A stretch of DNA of 64,000 nt, taken from Fibrobacter sp. (GTDB lineage Bacteria > Fibrobacterota > Fibrobacteria > Fibrobacterales > Fibrobacteraceae). The notes beneath the pieces are model-generated. The model saw nothing but the letters and a program-made list of their open reading frames with translations. It made no database searches and had not been told where the DNA came from. The stretch is taken from assembly GCA_024398815.1 (NCBI GenBank), contig JAKSIL010000001.1:23238-87237 (forward strand). Reading direction: 5' to 3'. The translations under genes were made by a program, and so were the position numbers. Of the stretch, positions 49,301-57,994 are shown piece after piece (the first letter of the stretch is position 1; the number at the start of each line of letters is the position of its first letter).

Positions 49301-49867
49301 GTGACCGACGGATTCCCTCTGGCGGCAGGCAGCTTTGAATATGGCGAAACCTATGCGCCCATGAGCATCTATGTGACGGACGCCGTTTCCGGCAAGAATT
49401 CCGCTGGCCCTGAACTGTACGCGTTCCATCGCAACAGTGTCTCGGCGTTCCGCTTGAACAAGGCTGTGAACGGCGCGGAATTGAAACCTGCTGCATGGAC
49501 ACTCCCTGCTGCAGGAAACGGACGCACTGGTTTCTTTGATGCGACGTTACTTGGCAAAATCAAGGAAATTACTGCGAAGGATGAAATTAACGATTTCTTC
49601 ATTTATCCGAATCCTGTTCGCGGAGGTAAAGCCAATCTTCGCTTTGAACTGGGCGCCGAAGCAAAGTCCGTGGAACTCGAATTTTACGATGTAACCGGAT
49701 TGGTGGTGGCTTCGCTTAATGTCCATGGCGCCAAGGCTGGTCGAAACCAGTACGAAAATTTTGACTTGAGCTCTCTCGGAAGCGATGTCTATACGGCTAG
49801 ACTCAAGGTAAAGTTTGCCGATGGCAAAACCAAGAAGAAACTGTACCGCGTAGGCGTCATCCGTTAG
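46364..49867 (+). CDS. M6 (immune inhibitor A)-like protein lacking HExxH, with FG-GAP repeats and T9SS-type C-terminal domain
   Basis: ALRVQF, IIHAG, NQIGRELGMPNTYD, GAWERSYMGW, EYLLIENRQR; DINRDGVNDVI / GDVNGDNYPEVV / DVTGDDVPEI; IYPNPVRG. Confidence 0.8.
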   Translation: MKSFLRIFVFFVFAVVFVPHSFAVDTLEVFALRVQFQEEKTDNSLTTGTGIFDSDKKEKDAYLLDPPGRRGSSAYWQKHFEFANAFYGAASGGKQVIKARIFPDPSTNTSVYTVKKQIIDYNRTSKMKGEKTAEFDEARSRDYLTFVYDAIAAASEDTSKVSPFRIPLSKNPNVKRAYMIIHAGASRLVDGGSMGTDGADTPGDFMDVYISDDAWEYLMPDSAKEESVVPTFGVNDEGDTVVNGVSIAGSVIDTLKSVMVVSETASQDGLNWGVNGIVVNQIGRELGMPNTYDVVKGISRLGYFDVMDFAGYNAGNGFLPSIPGAWERSYMGWSNVKEVRPTAGHPVTVDIAAAGSGIAKNGEVEIVKVPLNASEYLLIENRQRSWNKDGTVDVVVGTTSDDTDTTIKTVPVDSLEQVFLDSICVKGKCRVNKKKAKGLIVGVSSYDAGIPASGIAVWKVNEWYLRETLKMGVANFWGGDTLRDHQFGISLVEADGILSIGKTFKNALGQDSYDYGSGTDLLPHKREPLKEDKNKKKFDLVNTISPRGYANTATTQGGYTGYKITVNVPKKSREEKTSNAFMGDSVVNYAAPVISVTVSIDDGSIENSKFPRNVGLANATRGAVFLDSPEDDSKIIAFASEDGTLQAMSALGDTLFEADTVVTVPAVSKKDSVSEVPLYRMDESRESSYGPFIGMASQGEAVYMLYRDALVRTTFVPGTYLPLKAVVSFNRTNRAVAGPVIVGGDVWVAGEKSIMNCGSVANDEDLNSGAFNGRPSAYRLPQQLIDNDDHVQEFVYCPNSENMTKFAAVTEQGNVFFASDYSSSFMKMRYADKSYRIACTDINRDGVNDVILVGDKGSVTTTVSGYCTSEKEAAFFSQQYKRGASGTSGLKSETSGIAIGDVNGDNYPEVVFLGDNLVYALDRFGVPIAGFPATISRGTPVVGFFSDPLIVDVTGDDVPEILVPSSDGLIYAFTGKGKQVTDGFPLAAGSFEYGETYAPMSIYVTDAVSGKNSAGPELYAFHRNSVSAFRLNKAVNGAELKPAAWTLPAAGNGRTGFFDATLLGKIKEITAKDEINDFFIYPNPVRGGKANLRFELGAEAKSVELEFYDVTGLVVASLNVHGAKAGRNQYENFDLSSLGSDVYTARLKVKFADGKTKKKLYRVGVIR

Positions 49868-49875
49868 GAACTTGT

Positions 49876-50781
49876 ATGGCTTTGCTGAAACAGTTGGCGA
49901 TTGCTTCATCTTTGATGTTAATTTGTTCGTGCAGTACCACGAATGAACCCGAAGATATTGATGTAAACGCCGGCTCGTACCAGGATAGTTCAAAAAAATC
50001 CTCGACATCGTCCGATAATCCTGTACAAGGTGATGATGGCGATTTCGCTGACAGCGACCTGTACAAGTATTTTGACTGGGTGAATATTCCCGCTGTAGAT
50101 TTCACCAAGGGCTCTGCGACTTATAAAATTTCGACGTATTCCATGACTGCGACTGAGGTGACTCAAGAGGCCTACATGGCGGTCATGGGCGAATTGCCCA
50201 ATCAGCCTAAAAAGGGCGATAGGTTCCCCGTCGTAAATGTCTCGTGGTACGATGCCGTGCTCTTCTGCAATGCTTTTTCGAAGGGAATGGGCGAGGATAC
50301 CGTCTATGAATATACATCGGTAGGAAAAAACAACTACCTTGAAAAATTGAAGATAAATTATTCTGCTGCCGGCTTTAGGTTGCCGACGGAAATGGAATGG
50401 GAAGTTGCTGCCCATGGCGGAACTTCGTCGGCGTACTACTGGGGCTCCGAAATCGCTTCGGACTATGCCAATTACGGAGATGCCAACGGACTTGCCGAAG
50501 TCGGACAGTTTATCGCAAATAAATTTGGTTTGTACGACATGGCCGGAAATGCTGCGGAATGGGTGAATGACTGGTACGATTCCTATAACGTAAAAGATGT
50601 TTCTAACCCGGTTGGCCCAGAATCGGGCAAGCTTCGCTGCGTTCGCGGCGGCAGTTGGGCGGACCCCTTGAAAGACAAAGATGAAAATTATCCGCTGAAA
50701 CCTACGACTCGCAATAAAAAGGACCCCTTGTACACTGCGACTACGCTTGGTTTTCGCATGGTGTATTCAAAAGGTTTTTAG
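49876..50781 (+). CDS. Formylglycine-generating-enzyme (SUMF1/FGE-sulfatase) domain lipoprotein
   Basis: TEVTQ, PVVNVSWYDAVLFCN, FRLPTEMEWE, FGLYDMAGNAAEW, RGGSW, LGFR. Confidence 0.9.
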   Translation: MALLKQLAIASSLMLICSCSTTNEPEDIDVNAGSYQDSSKKSSTSSDNPVQGDDGDFADSDLYKYFDWVNIPAVDFTKGSATYKISTYSMTATEVTQEAYMAVMGELPNQPKKGDRFPVVNVSWYDAVLFCNAFSKGMGEDTVYEYTSVGKNNYLEKLKINYSAAGFRLPTEMEWEVAAHGGTSSAYYWGSEIASDYANYGDANGLAEVGQFIANKFGLYDMAGNAAEWVNDWYDSYNVKDVSNPVGPESGKLRCVRGGSWADPLKDKDENYPLKPTTRNKKDPLYTATTLGFRMVYSKGF

Positions 50782-50802
50782 TTTTTTTCTACATTGTCGG
50801 GT

Positions 50803-51252
50803 ATGAAGAAGTTTTTATTGCCAGTAGCCTTTGTCGCTTTGCTCTTGACAGCCTGTTCCCAAGAAGAACCTGCTCCCCTTCCTCCTTTAAAACCGGTTGC
50901 CGTACCCGAAGGCGTGGTGGGAATGTATTCGGGCAATATGCCTTGCGACGCTTGCAAGTCCCAAATATTCCGTGCATTCCTGACGGAAGACAGTACGGCG
51001 AGAATCGTACGCTCCGTCTTGAATGAAAAGGTGGAAGTGGATACTTTGAGCGGAAAGTTCTCCGTAAACGGGGAAAAAGTTTCTTTGCTTCTCTCGGAAG
51101 GAAAATTGAAGTTCGAATTTTTAAGGAACAAGATGGGAAATCTTTCCCTGCTTAACGGCACAGGCGCGGTGTACGAAGATGCCGATGGTCAGAAGTTTGA
51201 CCTGGTCAAGGTTTACGCCCAGCAAAAGATAAAAGTCAGGGAGGAACCCTAG
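50803..51252 (+). CDS. NlpE N-terminal domain lipoprotein
   Basis: Lipobox LTAC; GMYSGNMPCDAC matches the NlpE G.Y.G.LPCADC motif. Confidence 0.75.
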   Translation: MKKFLLPVAFVALLLTACSQEEPAPLPPLKPVAVPEGVVGMYSGNMPCDACKSQIFRAFLTEDSTARIVRSVLNEKVEVDTLSGKFSVNGEKVSLLLSEGKLKFEFLRNKMGNLSLLNGTGAVYEDADGQKFDLVKVYAQQKIKVREEP

Positions 51253-52022
51253 TGTCGTACAAGGCGCTCATTGTCGATGACGAGCCGTTAGCCCGCATGC
51301 GCTTGCGCTCGCTTTTGGATCAATACTCGTCGGAAGTTGAGATTGTCGACGAAGCATCGTCTGGCACGATGGCCGTTGAAAAGATTCAGTCGTGTGCTCC
51401 GGACGTGGTGTTTTTGGATATTCAAATGCCCGACATGGATGCCTTCGAGGTGCTGCAGAAGATTGACGATGACGATATGCCGTTGATCGTGTTCACCACG
51501 GCCTACGAAAATTTCGCCTTGAGAGCGTTTGAAGAGAATACCGTTGACTATCTGCTGAAGCCCGTCGATCCCGAACGCTTGGCATCGACCATGGACAAGC
51601 TTCGCAAGAGAATTCCCGAGGTGACAAACGAAGCTTCGTTGCCTTCGGACTTCTCGTGGGACAAGTTCAGGTCCATGTTGAATCCGGGTGGGTTCTACAT
51701 GCAGCGAGTGCAGGTGAAGATTGGCGACAGGATTATTCTTGTGAATGTCGACGAGATTATCCGATTCCAAAGCGAAGAAAAGTACACGACGATATACACG
51801 CTCAACAACCAGTATGTCATCGATACTCCGCTGGTCGACCTGGAAAAGAAGTTGGATCCGCGCCAGTTCGTGCGCATTCACAGGGCCCATTTGGTGTCGA
51901 TTGACTGCATTGCCGAAATCCGCAAGTCCGACGCCGGTCGACTGAACGTGGTTTTGCGCGACAAAATGCATACGCAGCTTCTGGTCAGTCGAAATTTTGT
52001 AAAGAAGGTTCGGAGCCTTTAA
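51252..52022 (+). CDS. LytTR family response regulator
   Basis: IVDDEPLAR, FLDIQMP, FTTAY, DYLLKP; FVRIHRAHLV, VSR. Confidence 0.93.
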   Translation: MSYKALIVDDEPLARMRLRSLLDQYSSEVEIVDEASSGTMAVEKIQSCAPDVVFLDIQMPDMDAFEVLQKIDDDDMPLIVFTTAYENFALRAFEENTVDYLLKPVDPERLASTMDKLRKRIPEVTNEASLPSDFSWDKFRSMLNPGGFYMQRVQVKIGDRIILVNVDEIIRFQSEEKYTTIYTLNNQYVIDTPLVDLEKKLDPRQFVRIHRAHLVSIDCIAEIRKSDAGRLNVVLRDKMHTQLLVSRNFVKKVRSL

Positions 52023-52040
52023 TCCTTTTGGGAGCAGTTG

Positions 52041-53426
52041 ATGGAACAGCCTAAAAAGAGTTTTTCGATAAAAGGTTTTTTAAAGTCCATGACAAGGGAA
52101 ATTATAGTTCCCGTCGTGTTGGCATTGATTGTTATCCAGTATGTAATCCAGGCTTTCCAGATTCCTAGCGGATCCATGGAAGATTCCCTGTTGACGGGGG
52201 ATTTCTTGCTTGGCCTCAAATTTACTTATGGTTCGCCGATTCCCTTCAGCAATCAAAAATTCCCCGGATACACGATACCGAAAGCGGGCGATGTTTTGAT
52301 TTTCCGCTATCCGGGCGAACCTGAATATCCGGACAACAATCCCGACCGTTACACGCATTTGTTCAATGCGCTCATGTTCGGGAACTATTACTGGGATCAC
52401 AATCCCGAAGACGGTCAACCGCACTTGATTCACTATGCCGACGGCCCCAAGGACTACATCAAGCGCTGCGTCGCTGTGAGTGGCGATACCGTGTCGATTC
52501 ATGGGGGTAGGCTTACCGTAAATGGAGTCCGCCAGGATACGATTCCTGCGAAGGGCAAGTGGACGGCTGCTGTAAGGACCAAGTCGCCTCGTGACGAGCG
52601 CGAGACTTTTGTGATTCCGAGTGTGGGCGATACCCTGTTCGTAGATTCCCTTCCGCTGGAAAAACTTTGGTGGCTCCGTTCGATTGTGCTGCAGGAAAAT
52701 CCGAACGACCATGTGGAACTTGAAATTTCACTTTTGCGCGATGGTGTCGAGGACAATAATTTTGAATTTGAAGATTATCGCGTGCCCGTCGAAAACGACC
52801 GTAATCTGGTGCTCAATGCCTTGTTCACCAGGAATCGCATGATTCTTCAGCACCAGCCTCGCCAGGGGGACACTCTGAGCGGCAATATGAGCTTTGCCTA
52901 TTTCAAGGAACTTTCGAAAATTGGATTCCTTCCGGTTATCGATCCTCACATGAAGGGCGGCTTTACGCGCCAGGTGAGCTATATCAGTTTTGAAGGGTCT
53001 TCGCTTCAGGACTTGGAAGGAAACGTGGCTCGCTTGAATGCCGAGGCCATGCAGCCTGCCGTCGATTCCGTGTCGCAGGATTCCTCCAGCGTGTCGAACG
53101 ATTCTGCAAGTGTCGTTGCAGCCCCGGCTAAGCCCAAGTTTGAAATTCGTCGCAGACTTCTCGTGAACGGCAATCCCATCGATAGTTACGTTGTCAAAAC
53201 TCCGTTGTTCTTTATGATGGGTGACAACCGCGACAATTCCGCCGATAGCCGTTACTGGGGTTTTGTCACTCTCCGTAATGTTCGTGCAAAGGCTTTTGTA
53301 ATTTATTTCTCGTTTGAAAACGACGATGGAAAGTTTGCCTTGGGCAATCCCTTCACTTGGTGGAGGATTCCCTTCAGCATTCGTTATTCCCGCATTGGAA
53401 AAATCATTCACTTGATTGATAAATGA
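52041..53426 (+). CDS. lepB: Signal peptidase I
   Basis: IPSGSMEDSL (catalytic Ser), DYIKRC (Lys), GDNRDNSADSRYWG; large insertion. Confidence 0.93.
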   Translation: MEQPKKSFSIKGFLKSMTREIIVPVVLALIVIQYVIQAFQIPSGSMEDSLLTGDFLLGLKFTYGSPIPFSNQKFPGYTIPKAGDVLIFRYPGEPEYPDNNPDRYTHLFNALMFGNYYWDHNPEDGQPHLIHYADGPKDYIKRCVAVSGDTVSIHGGRLTVNGVRQDTIPAKGKWTAAVRTKSPRDERETFVIPSVGDTLFVDSLPLEKLWWLRSIVLQENPNDHVELEISLLRDGVEDNNFEFEDYRVPVENDRNLVLNALFTRNRMILQHQPRQGDTLSGNMSFAYFKELSKIGFLPVIDPHMKGGFTRQVSYISFEGSSLQDLEGNVARLNAEAMQPAVDSVSQDSSSVSNDSASVVAAPAKPKFEIRRRLLVNGNPIDSYVVKTPLFFMMGDNRDNSADSRYWGFVTLRNVRAKAFVIYFSFENDDGKFALGNPFTWWRIPFSIRYSRIGKIIHLIDK

Positions 53427-55195
53427 AAGTTCGTGGTTACATAACTGCGGTGGTCGCCTGCTTTTTGCTGTTTGCCTGCGCAACGCAAGTTTCTCCCGGC
53501 GGCGGACCCGAAGACAAGCTGCCTCCTCGCGTGGCGGCGGTCTATCCGGCACCCAATACTACGAATCATCCCAACGAGCTGCTTGTCAAACTGGAATTCG
53601 ACGAATGGATTAATGCTTCTGTGCCGCGAAGTGCAGTTTCCATTTCGCCTCCGATAGAAAAAAAAGTGAAGTTTGAAGTCAGCGGGAAAAACCTGCTGCT
53701 TACTTCTCGTGCGGAGCTCGACGAGAATACCACGTACACGATTACGTTTGCAGGAGCCATCAAGGATTTGCATGGAAACGCTCTTGCAACTCCTTTCTCT
53801 GTGGTGTTTTCGACAGGACCCGTTATCGATTCCCTTACGCTTACGGGTAGAGTCCTGGTGAACGAAGCCATGGCCCGCAAGAAATCCTTCCCGAGCATAG
53901 GCCTCTTCTTGATGGGCGAGGAACGCGAATCCAGAAAATATTTGGCCAAGTATCGCGATTCCGTCACCAAGGTGCTGGATTCTCTTCCGATGCTTACCAA
54001 GGAGCCTCCGCTGTTCATGACGCGCGCCGACAGCGCTGGCAACTTTAAGCTCACGGGGCTCAAGGCTGGCCATTACCGAGTTGTAGCTTTTGTCGACGAG
54101 AACGGAAACCAGAAAATCGAGTCTTCTAACGAACTTGCCGGTGTGTGGACGAACGATTTGCAGCTGGATTCCACGACGACCGATACCATCTGGGTCGCTT
54201 TGGCAGATCACGATACCTCGCACCTGGAACTGGAATCCATAAGCCAACCCTATTCGAACGTGGTCGAAGCGAATTTCAATCGCAACGTGTACTTTGATTC
54301 GACGTTCGCCGATACGAGCAACTGTTCGCTCACTTCGCCCGACAACAAGGTGATGCATCCGTCTTTGGTTTACTTGAGTCCATCGTCTTCCAAACCGCAT
54401 TTCTATTTTGCTACGGCTCCCAAAAAGGAGACTTTGTACAAGTTCGCTTGCATCAGTGCCAAGGACTCCCTTTTCCGCACTCTCGACACGACGCGCAACG
54501 AAGTGGAATGGGAATGGAAGGACATGCCCGGCGATACGCTTCCTCCGGCATACGCGTCGGCCAAGACTCTTTCGAGAGCGAAGGTCGTGTTCCCGGGGGA
54601 TTCTCTGGTGCTCGCTTACAACAAGCCGCTTTTGGATTCCATGCAGGAAACATATTACATCGCCATAAACAAGGATACGACGCAGGTTGAACTTTCGAAA
54701 CTGGATCCCATTCGTTACCTTGTAGTGCGCAGCGAGCCGTGGCCGACCGACGCTACCATCAAGTTCTTGCAGGGCTACCAGGATACGACGCTTGCGAAGG
54801 CCGATTCGAACGGCGTTCGAGATACCGTCATTGAACTCAAGTACAAGAATCTGATGAAGTTCGAGACGGTTTCGAAGCTCAAATTCGCTTCGATGAGCGG
54901 AAAAATTCCGGGTGCCAAGGGTGGCGCCTTTGTCCGCCTTATTTCGGCCGATACCAAAATGCCGTATTACGCCCGTTGCAATGATGGCGGCTGGTTCGCC
55001 TTCAACAATCTTGTCGAAGGAAACTACTTTTTGGATTACTACTATGCTGAAGACGGCAAGAACGTGCCCGATGGAGGCTCGCTTTCGCCGTTCCGTTATG
55101 GAAAACCCTGGAGAGCCATTAACGATACTTTAAAGATTTCGAACGGGGCGAACGATCTACAAAAGCTTGTGCCTTTGGTGCCTTCGTTACAATGA
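53423..55195 (+). CDS. Ig-like (Big_5) domain lipoprotein
   Basis: LFAC-ATQVSPGGGPEDKLPP, LEFDEWI, NTTYTITF..IKDLHGN..FSTG. Confidence 0.8.
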   Translation: MKVRGYITAVVACFLLFACATQVSPGGGPEDKLPPRVAAVYPAPNTTNHPNELLVKLEFDEWINASVPRSAVSISPPIEKKVKFEVSGKNLLLTSRAELDENTTYTITFAGAIKDLHGNALATPFSVVFSTGPVIDSLTLTGRVLVNEAMARKKSFPSIGLFLMGEERESRKYLAKYRDSVTKVLDSLPMLTKEPPLFMTRADSAGNFKLTGLKAGHYRVVAFVDENGNQKIESSNELAGVWTNDLQLDSTTTDTIWVALADHDTSHLELESISQPYSNVVEANFNRNVYFDSTFADTSNCSLTSPDNKVMHPSLVYLSPSSSKPHFYFATAPKKETLYKFACISAKDSLFRTLDTTRNEVEWEWKDMPGDTLPPAYASAKTLSRAKVVFPGDSLVLAYNKPLLDSMQETYYIAINKDTTQVELSKLDPIRYLVVRSEPWPTDATIKFLQGYQDTTLAKADSNGVRDTVIELKYKNLMKFETVSKLKFASMSGKIPGAKGGAFVRLISADTKMPYYARCNDGGWFAFNNLVEGNYFLDYYYAEDGKNVPDGGSLSPFRYGKPWRAINDTLKISNGANDLQKLVPLVPSLQ

Positions 55196-55214
55196 TTTTG
55201 ATGGGAGAAACAAA

Positions 55215-57935
55215 ATGAATAAGATTCCTGATTTTGTTGCTGTAGACCTTGAAACTACCGGTCTTGAATTTGAAAAGGACGAGATTATCGAAGTTGCTCT
55301 CGTTCGTTTCGAGGGCAGCGTTCCCGGAGAATCTATTGATTTTCTGGTCAAGCCGACCGAGGCCGTGCTTCGCCCGTTTATCGAAAAGCTTACGGGAATA
55401 TCGGTCGCCGATCTTGAATCTGCCGACGACTTTGCTTCCATTGCAGGAAAAATTTGCTCCTTTATCGGAGACCTGCCCTTGGTTGCGCACAATGCAGCCT
55501 TCGATTCCAAGTTTTTGAAGCAGTCCCTCTCCAAGGTCGGCATAAACTACGATTCCCACATGTTCTGGGATTCTCTCACGCTTTCTCGCATCGCCTACCA
55601 GGATGTCGCGAACCATCGCCTGGATACGCTTACGCAGGCTTTGAATATTGAACGTTGCCGAGCCCATCGCGCCTTGCCCGATGCCGATGCCTGTGGTCGT
55701 CTGTTCGTGATGTGCTACGAAAAAATTTCAAAGATGGACCCGTGGCTTTTGGATGCCTTTATGCGTGTTTCCAAAAATTCGGATTGGGAAAAACTTTTTG
55801 GTACTCCTTCCGATGCCGCTGTCTCTGAAGCTGTATTCGCTTTGCCCGAAGTTTCGCCCGAAACCGAGGCCCTTCCCAAGACAATGGCTCCGAGAGTGAG
55901 TGAATTTTTCAAGGAAGGCGGATTCCTTTCGATGTTCATGGAAGGATTTGCAGAAAGACCGAACCAACTTGATTTTTCGACTTGCGTAGAACGCAACATG
56001 CACAAGGGTGGCCTTTGCGTGCTTGAAGCGGCTACCGGTTCCGGAAAGACTCTCGCTTACCTTATCGCTGCGGCCAACAAGGCCGTGTCGGGGGAACGCG
56101 TGGTTATCAGTACGGCAACGCGCGCCTTGCAGGAACAGCTCCTGAACAACGACATCCCGCAGGTGGCTAAGCTGTACAACGGATTCCTGAAACCCGCAGT
56201 TCTCAAGGGTCGTGACAATTATCTTTGCCTGCGCAAGTTTAACAGCATCTTGAATAGCCCGCAAAACTTGCTGCTCGACGAAGAAAGGGATTCCTTCATG
56301 GCCTTGATTCCCTGGGCCATGTCTACGCAGTCGGGCGATATCAACGAATGCAATTCCTTTAGCGTCGGCCGTAATAAGGTGCTTTGGCTGAAACTTTCGT
56401 CGAACGCCTCTTCTTGCGATGGCGAAAAGTGCCCGTACTATTCGAAGTGCCCCGCACTTTGCGCAAAGCGCCGTGCAGCGTCTGCTAACCTCGTGCTGGT
56501 GAACCACTCCCTTTTCCTTGCCGACCTGGCTTTGGATTTTGCATTGCTTCCGGCGTATGAACACATCGTGTTTGACGAAGCCCATCACTTGCCCGAAATT
56601 ACGAATCAATCTTTTGGTCGCCATATTTCGTTCTTCAATTTCAGAAATGTTGCAAAGACCTTGGTGCCGTCCCGTGGAAATCAAGATGGCCTGCTTGCCG
56701 AAATAAGATCGCGTATTCCCGATGACCACTCGTCGTTACGCGATGAATGCGAACAGCTTGTGATGGACCTTAGCGAAACGGAAAAGGCCTTGCACAGATT
56801 CTTCATGAAAATCGGCAAGAAGCTGACGAAGCTCAAGGTGGGCAAAAGTGGATTTGTTTACAAGAGCGGAATTCTCGGCGATTACGATGTGGATCCCAGA
56901 AGCGTGTCGGACCAGTACGAACTTGCCCGCGTGCGTGCAGATGGCTTGATGACGGCTCTTGCATCCGTTTCGGGTCTCGCCGGTCTTCTCAAGGACCTCA
57001 AGGGCAGATTCGAAGAACTGAACCGCTTTATTGCCGACTTCGATTTTGTCGTCAAGGCGGGTCGCGAAGACTGGGTGTTCTATCTTGAAGAGCCGTTCAA
57101 TCCGCATACAATCAAAATGAATGCCCTTCCGCTTCATGGCTACGCTCCGTGGAAAGAAAAATTCTATCCGTGGATCAAGTCGGCGACTTTCACATCGGCT
57201 ACTCTTGCCGTGCAGGGCGATTTGAGTTACTTTGTCCGCAGAATGGGAATGAACTCGTTGACGGGTGGCAAACGCCCGTTTGTGCGAGCCTTCCCCGAAG
57301 AGAAAATTTTGGACGATCGTCGCCATGTGATGGTTGCCAAATTCATGCCTAAGCCCACGGTGCCTGAATACAATGACCAGGTCAACGAAGTGCTGAAGGC
57401 CGTCCTTCCTGAAGTCGAAGAAAATACTATGGTTCTTTTCACCAGCATCGTTTCGATGCTCAAGGCGCAAGCCGTGTTGGCTCCTGTCTTTGCCGAAAAG
57501 AACAAGCTCCTTTTGTGCCAGCATGTCGATGGAGCTCTCGATGGTTTGATTTCCATGTTCAGACAGTCTCGCGGGGCGTGCCTCCTGGGTTGCCAAAGCT
57601 TGTGGGAAGGTGTCGATTTCCCGGGTGATGCTCTCAAACTCCTGGTAATCGCAAAGCTTCCGTTCCCGAACCCGTCCGATCCGCTTGTGGCTGGCCTTGC
57701 CGCCGAAATGAAGACTCGCAACGAGAATGCCTTCAAGGATTATTTCATGCCCGAGGCGTACATGGAAATGCGTCAAGGACTTGGTCGCCTGATTCGAACC
57801 GAAACCGATTCGGGCAAGGTCCTGATTCTCGACAGCCGAATTGTGAACGAACATTACGGCAAGACATTTTCTCGCATTTGGGACTTCAAGCACAAGACCG
57901 CTTATTCCGTTGACCAGATAAAGTCGTTCGTCTAG
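55215..57935 (+). CDS. dinG: DnaQ-exonuclease / DinG family helicase fusion
   Basis: VDLETTG, AHNAAFD, HRALPDA; EAATGSGKT, Fe-S cysteines, DEAH, SAT, WEGVDFPG, QGLGRLIR. Confidence 0.93.
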   Translation: MNKIPDFVAVDLETTGLEFEKDEIIEVALVRFEGSVPGESIDFLVKPTEAVLRPFIEKLTGISVADLESADDFASIAGKICSFIGDLPLVAHNAAFDSKFLKQSLSKVGINYDSHMFWDSLTLSRIAYQDVANHRLDTLTQALNIERCRAHRALPDADACGRLFVMCYEKISKMDPWLLDAFMRVSKNSDWEKLFGTPSDAAVSEAVFALPEVSPETEALPKTMAPRVSEFFKEGGFLSMFMEGFAERPNQLDFSTCVERNMHKGGLCVLEAATGSGKTLAYLIAAANKAVSGERVVISTATRALQEQLLNNDIPQVAKLYNGFLKPAVLKGRDNYLCLRKFNSILNSPQNLLLDEERDSFMALIPWAMSTQSGDINECNSFSVGRNKVLWLKLSSNASSCDGEKCPYYSKCPALCAKRRAASANLVLVNHSLFLADLALDFALLPAYEHIVFDEAHHLPEITNQSFGRHISFFNFRNVAKTLVPSRGNQDGLLAEIRSRIPDDHSSLRDECEQLVMDLSETEKALHRFFMKIGKKLTKLKVGKSGFVYKSGILGDYDVDPRSVSDQYELARVRADGLMTALASVSGLAGLLKDLKGRFEELNRFIADFDFVVKAGREDWVFYLEEPFNPHTIKMNALPLHGYAPWKEKFYPWIKSATFTSATLAVQGDLSYFVRRMGMNSLTGGKRPFVRAFPEEKILDDRRHVMVAKFMPKPTVPEYNDQVNEVLKAVLPEVEENTMVLFTSIVSMLKAQAVLAPVFAEKNKLLLCQHVDGALDGLISMFRQSRGACLLGCQSLWEGVDFPGDALKLLVIAKLPFPNPSDPLVAGLAAEMKTRNENAFKDYFMPEAYMEMRQGLGRLIRTETDSGKVLILDSRIVNEHYGKTFSRIWDFKHKTAYSVDQIKSFV

Positions 57936-57994
57936 TTTTCTTGACGCAAAAGGCTTTTTTTGCTAACTTTGCACACCCTATTGAAGGATTTGCA

